Source: the human T2T-CHM13v2.0 reference genome, Homo sapiens | NCBI GenBank assembly: GCA_009914755.4 | Contig: CP068257.2 | Span: 11,520,001-11,584,000, forward strand | Direction: 5' to 3' | DNA length: 64,000 nucleotides | Part shown: positions 24,841 through 40,369 of the stretch, piece after piece | Layout of the letters: the number at the start of each line of letters is the position of its first letter | Numbering within the stretch: the first letter of the stretch is position 1 | Notes under the pieces: generated by a model | What the model was told of the DNA's origin: nothing | The model's input: the letters and a program-made list of their open reading frames with translations, nothing else | Databases searched by the model: none | Program-made: the position numbers and the translations under genes

Positions 24841-26316
24841 ACTTCTTTCCCTTCTCCCTTGAAGACACTTATTCTAGGAAGGTCCTGCCCATACCTAGGA
24901 GGAAGAAACCCTACATAAAGAGGCTAATAAATATTTGAATAGAAAGGCATTATTGTGTTTCCCCCTTCAGTCTGTTACCAATGGATTATACACTTTTGTC
25001 CAGTCAACTTTCTACGTGGATACCCATTCTTCATGAGCCTAAGCATCAAAATAGACAGTTCCCCCTGGGTCATTGGGTCTTCATTTCTGAAGGCTCCTGT
25101 GTCATGTAAAAAATTGATTAAATAAATTGCTATCCTTTTCTCTTGTTAATCTCTGTCTTTTGTTACAGGAATGTCAGCCATGACCTATGATGTGTGAAGA
25201 AAGATATCTCACACCTTTCTACCCCTTCACCACTGTCTATTCCACTCTTAATCTGCACTCAACTACTGTGACTCTCCCCTTGGTCTCTTATCCCAGAGTA
25301 CTGTGACTCTACCTCTAAGCCTTGCTTCCTGCTCTTGTGCCATTTTTTACATCTTTCTCTAATCTTACGGATTAAATTATATCCATTTGAACGTCTGGGA
25401 TGAAATCTGTTTTCTGATGCATCCCTTACAAATATAAGGACATTTAAACAAATATTTAAGGGAGGATATCTCAGAGGAGACTGTTTTGGACAGAAGTAAC
25501 ACCAAGATCTAATAAAGAAATCATACTTTGCCTGGATCTTTGAAAAACAGTACGACCAGTGTGAATGAATGGAGTAACCAAGAGGTTAGGCAGTAGGAGA
25601 TGAGGCCAGAGAAGAAAGAGGGTGTGGTAGCCCCCAATCCTGGCACTTACTTCCACTGGATCTAAAATCGAGCATGGAATTATGCTGACCACATCAGTCT
25701 AACTAATATTGATCTAAGTTATCATATGACTAGTAACATTTATGTTGTAGCACCTAAATCAGGAGTCTGCAAAGGATAGCCCACTGCCAAAATCTGGCCC
25801 ACTCTCCAGTTTTTGTAACTAAAATGTTATCAGAACTCAGCTAAGTCCATTCATTTACAAACTGTCTATGGTGGCAGAGACAATATGGCTCACAAAATCT
25901 AAAATATTTACTCTCTGGCTCTTTATAGAAGAAATTTGCTGACCCCTTGTCTAAATTATAGCAAGTATGAAATCCTCTGTCATCAGCAATGGCATAGAAG
26001 GCAGCATAGGAATTTTTAAATTTGCCCTTGAATTATATCATAAGCCTTATGTTTGAGGTCGTATTTTTGCAAAGTGCTGAGCACCCCTGTCCTACAATGA
26101 GGAGGGCCCACTTTCCTTTCTCAATTGGTCTGTCTTATAACATTTAGGAAGAGACTCACAGTCTCTCTGTGGCCTTGTATTCTTGGCTAATATCCTGTTT
26201 TTTTCTTCCTAGAGTACTCTCTACTCTGTCTTAGAGTTTCCAACTGTTTATCTGAAGTAGTGGTGTCAGCCTCTGCAATGCTTTCTGTTCTACAGGGTGT
26301 AGGGTCTTTCTTTTTT

Positions 26317-26601
26317 TTTTGAGACAGGGTTTCACTTCCTTGCCCATGCTGGAACACAGTGGCATGATAATGGCTCACTGCAGCCTTGACCTCCTAGTCC
26401 CAAACTAATCATCCCAACAGCCTCCCAAGTAGCTGGGACTACAGGTACACACCATCATGCCTGGCTAACTTTTGAACTGTTTTGTAGAAAAGGTTTCCCC
26501 ATTTTGCCTAGGCTGGTCATGAACTCCTGGCCTCAAGCCATCCAACCCACCTCAGCCTTCCAAAGCACTGAGATCACGGGCATGAGCCACAGTGCCCAGT
26601 C
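26317..26601 (-). mobile_element. Old diverged Alu (AluJ-like)
   Basis: Poly-T, gagacagggtttcacttccttgcccatgctggaacacagtggcatgataatggctcactgcagcc...ggcatgagccacagtgcccagtc; TSD tgtagggtctt. Confidence 0.85.
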
Positions 26602-29487
26602 GAGTGTAGGGTCTTGATCCTCTGGTCTGTCCCACCTTGTCTTCTTTTGCTACAAGTAATTAGACAAAGTTCTAAGGTACAACAGGGATGCTGAGTCTAG
26701 TTTGTTTAAAGATATTATTCAGTTCCTATGAAAAGATCCATGAGTGTGTACGTTGGTTTTTAGTACAGCCTTGACAAGTTAATCCAGTAGAGAAACCTGC
26801 ATGCAAATGTGATTTCTGATTATAGCCTTGGCTACTTATGCAGTTTTTGGTGTTACTGAGTTTTTTTAAACAACTTTCCAATTTCACAGGCTTACCCAAG
26901 GGTATGATCAATGAAAACCACAGCTTCTTTGTTAGTTGTAAAGGACTCAGAAGTCAGTGACGGCTGTTATTGACTCACTCATAAACAGCACATTAAGGAA
27001 AAGGAAGTTGAACAGTCATCTACAGTTGTAAAAGGAGCACAAATAGTCTCTGTTTAACTTTTTTTTCTTTTTATATGTGGCCCGTCTAACAATTCTATCA
27101 TGATCATCATCAATCATTATCATCCTCCTCAACAAAGCTCTAATTTTATTTAGTTTCAGAAAAATTTAAGCTGATGGCAGTTCAATCCCTTTGAATATCT
27201 GTGATTGAGATATTGTTCTTTAATTGTGAAGCCTCCTTTAGATTAATATTAATAAAATATTTATATAAATTTTGATGATTTTATAAATGTAGTCTTGACA
27301 GAATGATATGATCTCAATCACAGAATAGTATTTGTGAGAAACCAATGCTACCTCATTCGGTAACTTGAACTTATATAGTTATTGGCTGTTTAGTTTTTCT
27401 TCTTCATGATAAAACAAAACATAGTAATCAGATTTACAAACCTAGTAATCAGATTACGAGATTATTCAACTCAAATATATACAATATAATTGTACTACAA
27501 GAGCTGTTTGTACAAACATTTTCACTAACATCACCAGAATTGAGAAATATGTATAGTAATGTATATTTTTTATTAGATAGTTTAATTCCAGCCAAGTATC
27601 AAGCCATTTCCATAATCTGACATACTAGCTAAGGAAAAATAATGAGGCCACTCAAAAGTCTCTTTTTCTAGTTGTCTCAGTAGCTTCGATGTGATAAGCA
27701 TGAAAAAACATGAATTGCTAAACCAAATTTTAAAAAAATTTCTGAAACTATATAACACTTCTGAGAGGGCTGCAGATTTGTTAGTAGGTTGTTTTTCAGT
27801 CTGAAAAAAATGATTAAATATTTCTGCTGGAATGGAACATTTCAGTCATAACAAAATATAAACTCTAAGGAAGCTAATACTAGTATTGTTTGTTAAATCC
27901 TTTTGTATTCTTTGCTTTTCATGGAGGGAGAGAGTTAAGTTACAAGGGAATGGTGAACCACAACAAATGAAAAGTTGTGAGTAGTGTACCTTTGCATTGC
28001 TGTATTTCAAAAGGTTTGCCAAAAAAAAAAAAAAACGAAAAAGAATGTCAATTATTTTTCTCTAAAATTGTGCCTAATTATGTTATATGATATTAAATTA
28101 ACTGTTTAAAGAGAATACATAGTATGCAAAATACTTCACACTTCACACATATCATTTTTAATTGAATTGTTAAAAAAATAAGCACAATTGCCTCTGTTTC
28201 ACCAATGATTAAATTAAGATGACCATAATCTATGGAAGCTGCCCAAAGAAAAACAGTAATGGAGTCAGATATAAATGAATCAGACTCCAAATCCCAATCA
28301 CTTTTTCATAAAGTGTTTAGTAAGTATTTTTATCTAAAATATAAGTGTGTGGCTATAAAAACACCAATTATATAATAATTTGATTCTTGTTTCTATTTAT
28401 TTGAAGCCTAATTAGTGTATTTCCACAATATATAACATAATGCTAAAAAAGAAATTTGGTATTTTCAGTTTCCTTTAAATTTTCTGAACTGATTTTATTT
28501 TATAAATGATTTGCATTTACCAGAATGTTATAAACTCAGTAATTATGTTTTGGTTCAGTGTTTTTTACCTGCCATCTACATTACATAAAAATCATTTCTG
28601 TAAAAGGAAGCAGATTTTAATGAGCAAGCTACACAGAAATTTTCATCTCACACTTAACAATGGATATTATTGTTCTTATAATTTGCACTTCTCAGTCATA
28701 AGACATCCCTCTGTGGTTGTCATAATTGGTCTAATGAATTTCTTAAAATAAATGAAAGTCTAATTTGATCCGGTGCCCATGAACAATCCACTCATTCAAA
28801 TCTAAATCACTGACCTGATTTGAAGACGAATCATGCCAAAATGAAGTCATGCTTTCCTATTAAGTGTGTTGCCTCAGTGCAAGCTTTTGAATGGCTTGTT
28901 CTTAAGGTTTGAAGTGGGGATTTCCAGTGACAAAGAAACACAATTTGATCTCATAACCCTAGACACCCAGACTTATTTTAAATGATAGAGACTTAAGATT
29001 GAGAGAAAATCTGAGTCATCATCCAGTTCAGTATTTTTCACTTAGTGGGAAATGTACTGGTCACCTTGGGTTTGAACAGTTTAGCAACATTGCAGGATCT
29101 TCTACAGATGCATACATAAGCATTTGAACAAATTCTGTAGGTAGGCAAAGATCATTGCAGCCGAATGTCTAATGATCTTTATCGCAGAGTTATCTATCCA
29201 ATGTTCCAGGGTAAATGTTCTATTATTAACATTCCTGAGGAAATACATTCATGGATATATATGTTTATTATATTATTTAACTACTATTTCAAATCTATAT
29301 CAAGACTGGTCTTAACATTTCTAAAATAGGTAACTATATCAACATCATAAAAAATGCTGCCACATTTTTTTCGAGAAAGAAATACTCTCTATACATATTG
29401 TTAAACCTTTCTGCATTAGAACTAAAGACCGTGAAAAGAAGAACAGTTTTTATTGTGTTAAGACACTGATTGCTGGTTAGGAAAGAA

Positions 29488-29490
<3 letters not shown>

Positions 29491-29525
<35 letters not shown>

Positions 29526-29548
29526 AGAGAGACAGAGAGAGAGAAAAG
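29491..29548. repeat. (GT)17 microsatellite followed by short (GA)n
   Basis: gtgtgt...x17 then cagagagacagagagagagaaaag. Confidence 0.95.
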
Positions 29549-30179
29549 CAGGGGAAGCTTGTAATGCATAATCAAATACTAAGGTTATGAGAGATTTATC
29601 CCAGATTATCTATAATTTTCATTGGTCCCTGAATGGTGGAGGAAAGGTAAAAATATCTTTAATTCCAGATTTCATCTTTGGCCACCAACAAAGGGGCATC
29701 ACTTAATCCTATTGGTTTTAAATACCAATGAACTAGTGTAAAAGATAAGGATTCGTAAATTATTTCACTCATTCATTGAACTAGAAAATGAACTAGAAAA
29801 GAAAATTGAAAAGAGAATGCAGAATGGCACTTACTCAAATAGTTTTGATGATTTCTGCTTCACTGGCTGATTTTGTAGTGGGTGGCTGGAAATTACAGTG
29901 GGATCTTTAAATAAGTTTAGAGTCATATCTCTGACTTACCCTGAGTAATTTTTGACCCAGTAAAGCTGTTTTTTTTTGGTAGGCTTAAAAATTCCACTGA
30001 GATTCTTCAGTCACCCACTCAACCACTTCCAAATGAATCTGAAAAACAGAAATCATCAAAACTAGTAGAATAAATGCTGCTCTGTTTTAAATTTTCTTTT
30101 CCAGTTCTCATTCACTGAGATGAGAGTAAACATTGAATAAAACTTCATGTTAAAATGTCCATACTATCTAAAACAGGGT

Positions 30180-31790
30180 ATAGATTCAATAACATCCCTA
30201 TGAAAATCCCAATGGCAAGTTTTTACAAAAATTGAAAACAATTATAAAATTCATATGGAACCACAAATGACCCTGAGTAACCATAGCAATCTTGTGAAAG
30301 AAGAACAAAGATGAAGGCATAACACTAGCGGGTTTCAAAATACATTACAAAGCTACAATAATTAAAACAGCATAATAGTAGCATAAAGCAGACAGATACA
30401 CCAATGAAATAGAATAGAGAGTACATAAATAAATCCATACATATATTGTCATGTACTGTCACATGTACTTGAATTTTGACAAGTGGAACAAAAATACAAA
30501 ATGGGAAACAGATAATCTCTTCAACACATGGTATTGGAAAAACTGAATAACCTCATGCAAACAATGAAATTGGATCCTTATCTTACACTATACAAAAAAC
30601 ATCAACTCCACATGGATTAAATTTTGTAATGTAAGACCTGAAACTGTAAAACTCCTAGAAAAAATATAGAAAAAACGCTTTATGATATTGGTGTTGGCAA
30701 TGATTTCTTGAATGTAATAGCAAAAGCACAGGCAACCAAAACAAACATAGACAAGCAGAACTACATTAAAATAAAAAGCTTGTGCACAGCAAAGGAATCA
30801 ATCAACAGAGTGACAAGGCAACATATGAACTCAGGGAAAATGTATGTTTTTCCAAACCATGTATCTGTTAGATGTTAATATGTAAAATATATGAACTACA
30901 ATGCAATAATTTAAAAAAAGCAGATTAAGCCATAGGCAAAGGACTTGAATAGACATTTAGCCAAAAAAAAACCATACAAATAGCCAACAGGTATATGAAA
31001 AATATGATAATCATCATCACTAATCAGCAGGGCAATGAAAATCAAAACCACAATATTTTCACCTCAAAACTGTTGAGATGGCTATTATTTTTAAAAAATG
31101 CATTGATAAGGATATAGAGAAGTTGGAACATTTCTGTACTGTTGGTGGGAATATAAAATGGTGCAACTGCTGCAGAAAACATTAAGAAGGTCTCTCAAAA
31201 AAATAAAAATAGAACTACCATGTGATCCAGCATTCCCAGTTTGGGGTATATATAATAATTAAAACCAAGATCTTGAATAAGTATCTCCACTCCCCTGTTC
31301 ACTGTAGCATTATTCACATGAGCCAAGATATAAAAACAACCTAAATCTCCATCAATAGATAAATGGATAAAGAAAATGTGTCTGTATGTGCAATGGAATA
31401 TTATACAGACTTACAAAAAAAGAAATCCTGTTATAGGTGACAAAATGGATTAACCTGAAGGACACTATGCTAAGTGAAACAAGCCAGTCACAGAAGGACA
31501 AATGCTGCTTGACTCCATTTATACGAAATATCTAAAATCATCAAACTCAGAAACAGAGCAGAATAGTGGTTATCAAGGACTGTGGAGAAAGGAAATGAGA
31601 GGTTGCTACTTAATGTGTACCAAGTTTCAATTATGCAAGATAAATAAGACCTAGAGATCTACTGCATAACATCGTGCCTATAGTTAACAATACTATACTA
31701 TGCATTCGAAAAGTTGACAGTATGTCTTAACACAATATAGACAAACAAAATATTTTCTTTGGCAGATTCACATTTTATTATTTGATTTTA
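30180..31790 (+). mobile_element. L1M-type LINE-1 3' end (ORF2 C-terminal region + 3'UTR), sense
   Basis: tatggaaccacaaatgaccctgagtaaccatagcaatcttgtgaaagaagaacaaag..., gcaatgaaaatcaaaaccacaatattttcacctcaaaactgttgagatggctattatt..., gttggtgggaatataaaatggtgcaactgctgcagaaaacattaag..., gacactatgctaagtgaaacaagccagtcacagaaggacaaatgctgcttgactccatttatacgaaatatc..., gaatagtggttatcaaggactgtggag = L1M ORF2 tail and 3'UTR. Confidence 0.75.
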
Positions 31791-31791
31791 A

Positions 31792-32159
<368 letters not shown>

Positions 32160-32417
32160 TAAAATCTTTCTTAATAGAGACAGAAAGATGCTGTGTAACA
32201 TCCATTGATTATTCCTAATAGGTAAATTAATGACTTTTAAAAATGATTTACACTATTTAAGCAGTAAAAATACTGGCCAAAATTTTTATAATTTTGCATA
32301 CTTTTTTCTTTTTAATTCAATAAGTATTTAAAATTAGCTTCTGCATGTAGAAACAAAACACAATTATTCTTAAAAACAATCATCTAACAAGCAAATCTCC
32401 ATTTTTATTTAAATTAA

Positions 32418-32782
<365 letters not shown>

Positions 32783-34581
32783 TACAATTCTTTAGCCATA
32801 TAGTGAAACCTTAATAAATGTTCAGGTTTCTTTCCAACAAATCAACAAATACAAGTATAAAGGCATTCAAGAAATATAGCTCATCATGTACATTGACTTC
32901 AATCACTTCATTTTTATGAAGCAAAGTTAACCTAGCTAACTAGTCTTTTATATACCATGAATACTTAATATTAATTATTCAAAGATATTTCATTTAAATC
33001 ACTGTTAACAAATTGAGATTAAGTCAGGCTGTCCATTTTAAAAACAGTAACTGCTGTAATAAAATATTAATCTGAGTTGGAGACTCCAAGAGGACAAAGA
33101 ACATTAGAATATATACAAGTGATTTAAAAGTAACAAGCATGCATTTGTTCCTCAGCACATCTGTACTTTGAAGCTTCTACTCAGTATTGTGTGGAACTAA
33201 AACATGCTTTCCACTTATAAATGGAATAGGAGACCTGACACAATCCTTATACACGTTTTAGCCTGGAAATGTGCTAGTTTCATGTTTTCCATTTCCTCTG
33301 ACCTTTTCCCTTCCATCAGAACTATAAATGGTGAACAGTATGCTTATTTGTATTTGTTTTACTGTTTGAGGCTTTTTGATTTTCAAGGAAACTCATTTTG
33401 TGCATAACTTTTTAAGGCAAAATTAAGGAATATGTTTTGATGAGACAAGGAAGGTATAATTAAATAAATGAGTTTAATTAAGGGATTTTAGGATTTCAAA
33501 ATCAAGAAGAGAAGAAAGTAGGAGAACATAAAAATAATAAATAAATCAGCAAATAAAAATTCCCAGACACTTCTTTGAGAGTGTTTACATATTTCAGTGA
33601 AAGTAGGTAAAATATAAATATAGTATTTAGAAAAATTAATATATTTATGCAAGTAAATAAAAACCAATTTATTTTTAAACATTTCAAGATAAGGAAAGCA
33701 CAATATACAGAATTTCAAGTTATTTAGCGACAATAACTGCAATTATTTAGAGACAATAACAATGCAAGTTATTTAGAGAGATTTTCAACCCAATAGCAAG
33801 ACATTATGTTAATATCTGTTTGGGAAGTACATTTTCAGAAGACTATTAAAATAATATTACTAGAATTTTGCTATAAATGACAACACTAAATAAGAAAATT
33901 GAAAGTAATTTGTGTTAATTAGCTCTATAATATCCATTCAATGATATGTATAATTTCAAATAATAATGAAATAACATTATACTATAGTGTTATATAAAAA
34001 CATAAGGTTTTCTAATATATAGCATTCAACTCATGGGGGTGTGGGGAGGTGAGGTGAAGCAAATTTCAGAACAATGTGTGCTAAGTGCAAACATTTGTGT
34101 AAAAAGCTTCTGTTACATGTATAGAGTTTCTCTGGAAGAATTTATAAGTGCATATAACACATATTCAAACCTACAAACACAGAGCTGTTTCTATTGGTTG
34201 ATTCCTTGGTTGGCTGGAGGAGAAAGGTAAAAGAATTTTGATTTTTACTTTGTATTCTCTTATGGTCTTTTACTTTTCTTCTCAATGCACATATTACCAT
34301 TTAAAAAAATAGATTAAATTTTAATAATGTTGCTACCAACATACTTGTGTTTATTTCACTGTCAAAATTGTGAATAAATTTTCAAAAACTTAGCTTATAT
34401 TTTATAATTATAGCAAACTACATATTATTAATAGTTTTACAGAACAAAAATTTCAAAAATATATTAATTTCTATAAATTATATCCTCTAATATTAATTAG
34501 AAGAGCTATCTGATCAAAACACATCAGGTGATTTGTGGGGAGACAAATATATTTGCAAAATACAGCATCCTCATTAAACTG

Positions 34582-34962
34582 TGTATTAGGCCATTCTTCC
34601 ATGCTGTAAAGAAACATCTGAGAATGGGTAGTTTATAAGAAAGGAGGTTGTATTGACTCACAGTTCTGCAGGTTGTACAGGCAGCATACTGGCATCTGCT
34701 TCTGGGAAGGCCTCAGGAAGCTTCCAAACATGGCGGAAGGTAAAGGGAGAGCTGGCACATCACATGGTAAAAGCAGGAGCAAGAAAGAGAGTGAGCAGAG
34801 GAGGTGCCACACACTTTTGAAGGACTAGATCCCATGAGAACTCACTATCATGAAGTAAGTACCAAGTCATGAGAGATCTGCCTCCATGATCCAAACACCT
34901 CCCACAAGACCTCACCCCAGCATTGGGGATTACAATTCAACATGATATTTGGGGGATATCAT
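34582..34962 (-). mobile_element. MaLR LTR (MST-type), antisense
   Basis: gtgtattaggccattcttccatgctgtaaagaaacatctgagaatgggtagtttataagaaaggaggttgtattgactcacagttctgcaggttgtacaggcagcat...gaactcactatcatgaag...cctccatgatccaaacacctcccacaagacctcaccccagcattggggattacaattcaacatgatatttgggggatatcat = reverse complement of THE1/MST-like LTR (tgatat...aattgtaatcccca...gactaataca). Confidence 0.5.
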
Positions 34963-35446
34963 TCTGAAAAGTACATCATTCTGCTCTGGCCCTCGCAAAT
35001 CTCATGCCCTTTTGACATTTCAAAATGGTATCATGCCTTCCCAACAGTCCCCTAAATTCTTAACTGTTTCCAGCATTGACTCAAAAGTCCCAAGTCCTGT
35101 CTGAGACAAGGCAAGTCCCTTCCATCTATGATCCTGTAAAATAAAAAACAGGTTATTTACTTCCAAGATACAATGGAGGTATAGGAATTGGGTAAGCATT
35201 CCTGTTCAAAAAGGGAGAAATTGATCAAAAGAAAGAAGATACAGGCCCCAAGCAAGTTTGAATCCCAGCAAGGCAGTCATTAAAACTTAAAGCTCCAAAA
35301 TAATCTCTTTTGATTTCGTGTCCGACATCCAAGGCATACTGGTACAAGGAGTGGACTCCCAAGGCCTTGGGCAACGTGATTTCTTAGTTATAGTTAAAAA
35401 TGGATTATGGATATTTACAAAGCTAACTCACATCTCCTTGTCTGAC

Positions 35447-35643
35447 TCACTCTTTCTTCTTTCCTTCCCTCCCTCCCTCCCCCTTCCTTCCTTCCTTCCT
35501 TTCTTTTCTTTCTTTTCCTTTTTCTTTCTTTCTCTTTCTTCTTTCTTTCTTTCCTTTATTTATTTATTTCTTCTTTCCTTCCTTCCTTCCTTTTTTTCTT
35601 CCTTTCTTGCTTGCTTGCTTGCTTTCTCTTTCTTTTCTTTCTT
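35447..35643. repeat. ~200-bp polypyrimidine simple repeat (TTCC)n/(CTTT)n/(CCCT)n; (GGAA)n on minus strand
   Basis: ctctttcttctttccttccctccctccctcccccttccttccttccttcctttcttttctttc... read directly; includes runs of 4-5 consecutive TTCC. Confidence 0.95.
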
Positions 35644-36189
35644 ATAATGGCTGATCAGTAATTCATTTTTAGAGAAATATGAGTTGATGTATGGATTTTT
35701 AAAATTCATTGATCAGTCAATAAGCAAATACTTTGCTATCAACTGTGACATGCTAAGCATATTAGGTGAATAGTACAAAATGTTGAGCAAGATGCCCTTG
35801 GTCCCTTCCTTCGAGAGATTACATTCCCATAGGAGGGTGGTAAATTCAGAAATACATCAATATAAATAGAGTATATAGGTAGGAATCTAGATAGTGTGAT
35901 ACATGTTCTCATAGTTTACAGAAACACAAAAAAAATATCTGTAACCTGGATATAAGTGACAAAGAAAGGAAGACTGCCTATGCCGAAGGATTCTTGTATA
36001 CCATTCTAGGCCTGCTTCACGGCTTTTTTCTGTCCACCCTTCACAAGGCCAGGGAAACTTTGTTCACCATCATGGGATATGGTTGAGGTATCAAGTGCCT
36101 CTAAGAAGGACCACATTATCCCCAAATTTTAGAAGGGTCTTCTGTTGAAAAGACTTCTTTCTCCAGTACATTGTCTGGGCAAACTTTTT

Positions 36190-36228
36190 TATATATATAT
36201 ATATATTATATATATATATATATATAAT
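36190..36228. repeat. (TA)n microsatellite
   Basis: atatatatatatatattatatatatatatatatataat. Confidence 0.9.
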
Positions 36229-36249
36229 CTATCTTTGTGCCAATCCTAC

Positions 36250-38420
36250 AATGCCTTGATTAATGTAGTTTTACAGTAAATTTCAAATCAGGAAGTCAGG
36301 GTCTTCCAACTTCAATCTTTTTCAAGATGATTTTGGCCATTCTTGGTCCCTTACATTCCTTTTGAATTTAAATATCACCTTGTCAATTTTGAAAAAGGAA
36401 ACTTGGATTTTGACAGAGAATGTACTGAATCTGTAGATTATTTTGAAAATTTTACCATTTTAATAATATTAATTTTCTTACACATAACCATCAGGTGGCT
36501 TATCTTTTATTTAGTTTCTTTCAACAACAGTTTTTAGTTTTTAGTGTACATGACTTTGATTCTTTTGTTAAATTTATTCCTAAGTGATTTTAAATTGTAG
36601 ATGTTATTTTAAATGGAGTTGTTTTCTTAATTTTTGAATTTTTCATTGAAAGTGTATAGAAATACAGCTGCTTTTGGGGTAGTCATCTCATATCTGGCAG
36701 TCTTACTGAATTCATTTCTTAGATTTAAGAGGTTTTTATGCAGATTCATTAGAATTTTCCATGTCCAAGATTATGTCATCTGCTAATAGAGATAGTTGTA
36801 TTTTTTCTTTTCCAATCTGGATGACTTTTATTTCTTTTCCTTGCCAAATTGTCTGGGCCAGATCCTTCAGTACAATGTTGCGCAGTCACTGTGAGAATAT
36901 CCATCTGTCCTGAACTTGGGGGTAAATCATTCAGTCTTCACTATTAAGTATAATGTTGGCTTGGGGCTTTTGTAAATAACATTTGTTTGGTTGAGCTAGT
37001 TTCCTTCTATAACTAGCTTCCTGGGTCTTTTTTTTTTACTTTTTTGTTTTAAATAGTGTGTGATTTTGTCAAATGCTTTTTCTGTATCTATCATGTATTC
37101 TTTTGTCCTTTATTGTATCGAGATGGTATTTTACCCTGACTTATTTTTGAATGTTAAAACAAGCTTGTATTCCCGGGACAGATCCTTGTTCATGGAAAAT
37201 AATCAGTTCTTTTCTATATATTGCTGGATGTAGTTTGCTAATATTTTGTTTAGAAATCTTGCATTTATATTCATAAGGTATTTTAGTGTGTAGTTTATTT
37301 TCCTATGATGGCTTTGTTTGGTTTTGGTATTAAGGTAATTTTGGCCTCACAGAATAAGTTGTGAAGTGCTTGTTCTACCTTTTAATTTAATTTTATTTTT
37401 GAACAGTTTGTGAAGGATTGATATTACAATTTCATAGACATTTGGTAGAACTCACCAATGAAGCCTTCTGGGCTTGGACTACCCTTTGTGAAAATAATTT
37501 TATTACAAATACAATTTCTTTAATTGTTATTGGTTTATTTAGATTTTGTATTTATTCTTGAGTCATTTAAATTAGATTATGTCTTTGAGGAGTTAATTTC
37601 ATCTAGGTTATATAATTTGTGGACATACACCATTTTTAGGTACCTGAAAATTCGTTAGTGCTGCTATTCCTCTTCATTCTGATTTTGGCAATTTGAGTCT
37701 TTGTTCTTTGTTTTCCTATTTCATCTATCTAAAGTTTTGTCATTATTTGTTGACCTACTTAAAGAATTACACATCTTTTATTTCACTGGTTTTCTCTATA
37801 ACTTTTCTAATCTTTATTTTATTTATTTCTACTCTAATTTTTATTATCTCCTTCCTTCTGCTTTTTTGACTAGAATTTGCTCTTTTTCTAGTTTCTGAAG
37901 ATAGTCATATTATTGATTTGGATTTTTAAAAATATGGACATTGGCAGTTATACTTTTTCCTCTAAGTACTATTTTATCTTTATCCTCTAAGTTTTGGTAT
38001 GTTTTGTTTCTATTTTTTTAATCTCACAATATTTTCCCATTTTTCTTTAACTTATTCTTCGATTCATTTGTTATTTAGGGAGTTTATTAATTTTCACATA
38101 TTTGGGATTTTTCCAAATTTCCTTCTGTAATTGATTTCAAATTTCATCCCATTTGGGCCAAAGAACATACATTGTATGATCTCAGTCATTTACATTTATT
38201 GTGCCTTGTTTTGTAAGCCAATGGATAGTCTAAGAATGTTCCAGGTATGGTTGTTCCATGGGTGTCTTTTAGTTATTGTTTGTTTTTAAGATTGATCCTT
38301 GTAATCTTCTGCTTAGTTGTTCCATCTACAACTGAGAGTGAGGTACTGAAACCTCCAACTATTGTTGTCAAATTGTTTATTTCTCTATCATTTCTGTGTA
38401 TTTTTGCTTTATGTTTTTTA
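36250..38420 (-). mobile_element. L1M LINE-1 fragment A (ORF2 region), antisense
   Basis: ttttcaagatgattttggccattcttggtcccttacattccttttgaatttaaatatcaccttgtcaattt..., ttttccaatctggatgacttttatttcttttccttgccaaattgtctgggccagatccttcagtacaatgttg, ctccttccttctgcttttttgactagaatttgctctttttctagtttctgaag, ggtactgaaacctccaactattgttgtcaaattgtttatttctc - all canonical antisense L1M ORF2 phrases. Confidence 0.65.

Positions 38421-40369
<1,949 letters not shown>

Noticed and set aside
25760-25870. gccaaaatctggcccactctccagtttttgtaactaaaatgttatc..ggtggc motif reminiscent of an ancient mammalian interspersed repeat
   Set aside because: I could not assign a family from memory and the match is short, so I left it out of the features rather than naming it wrongly.
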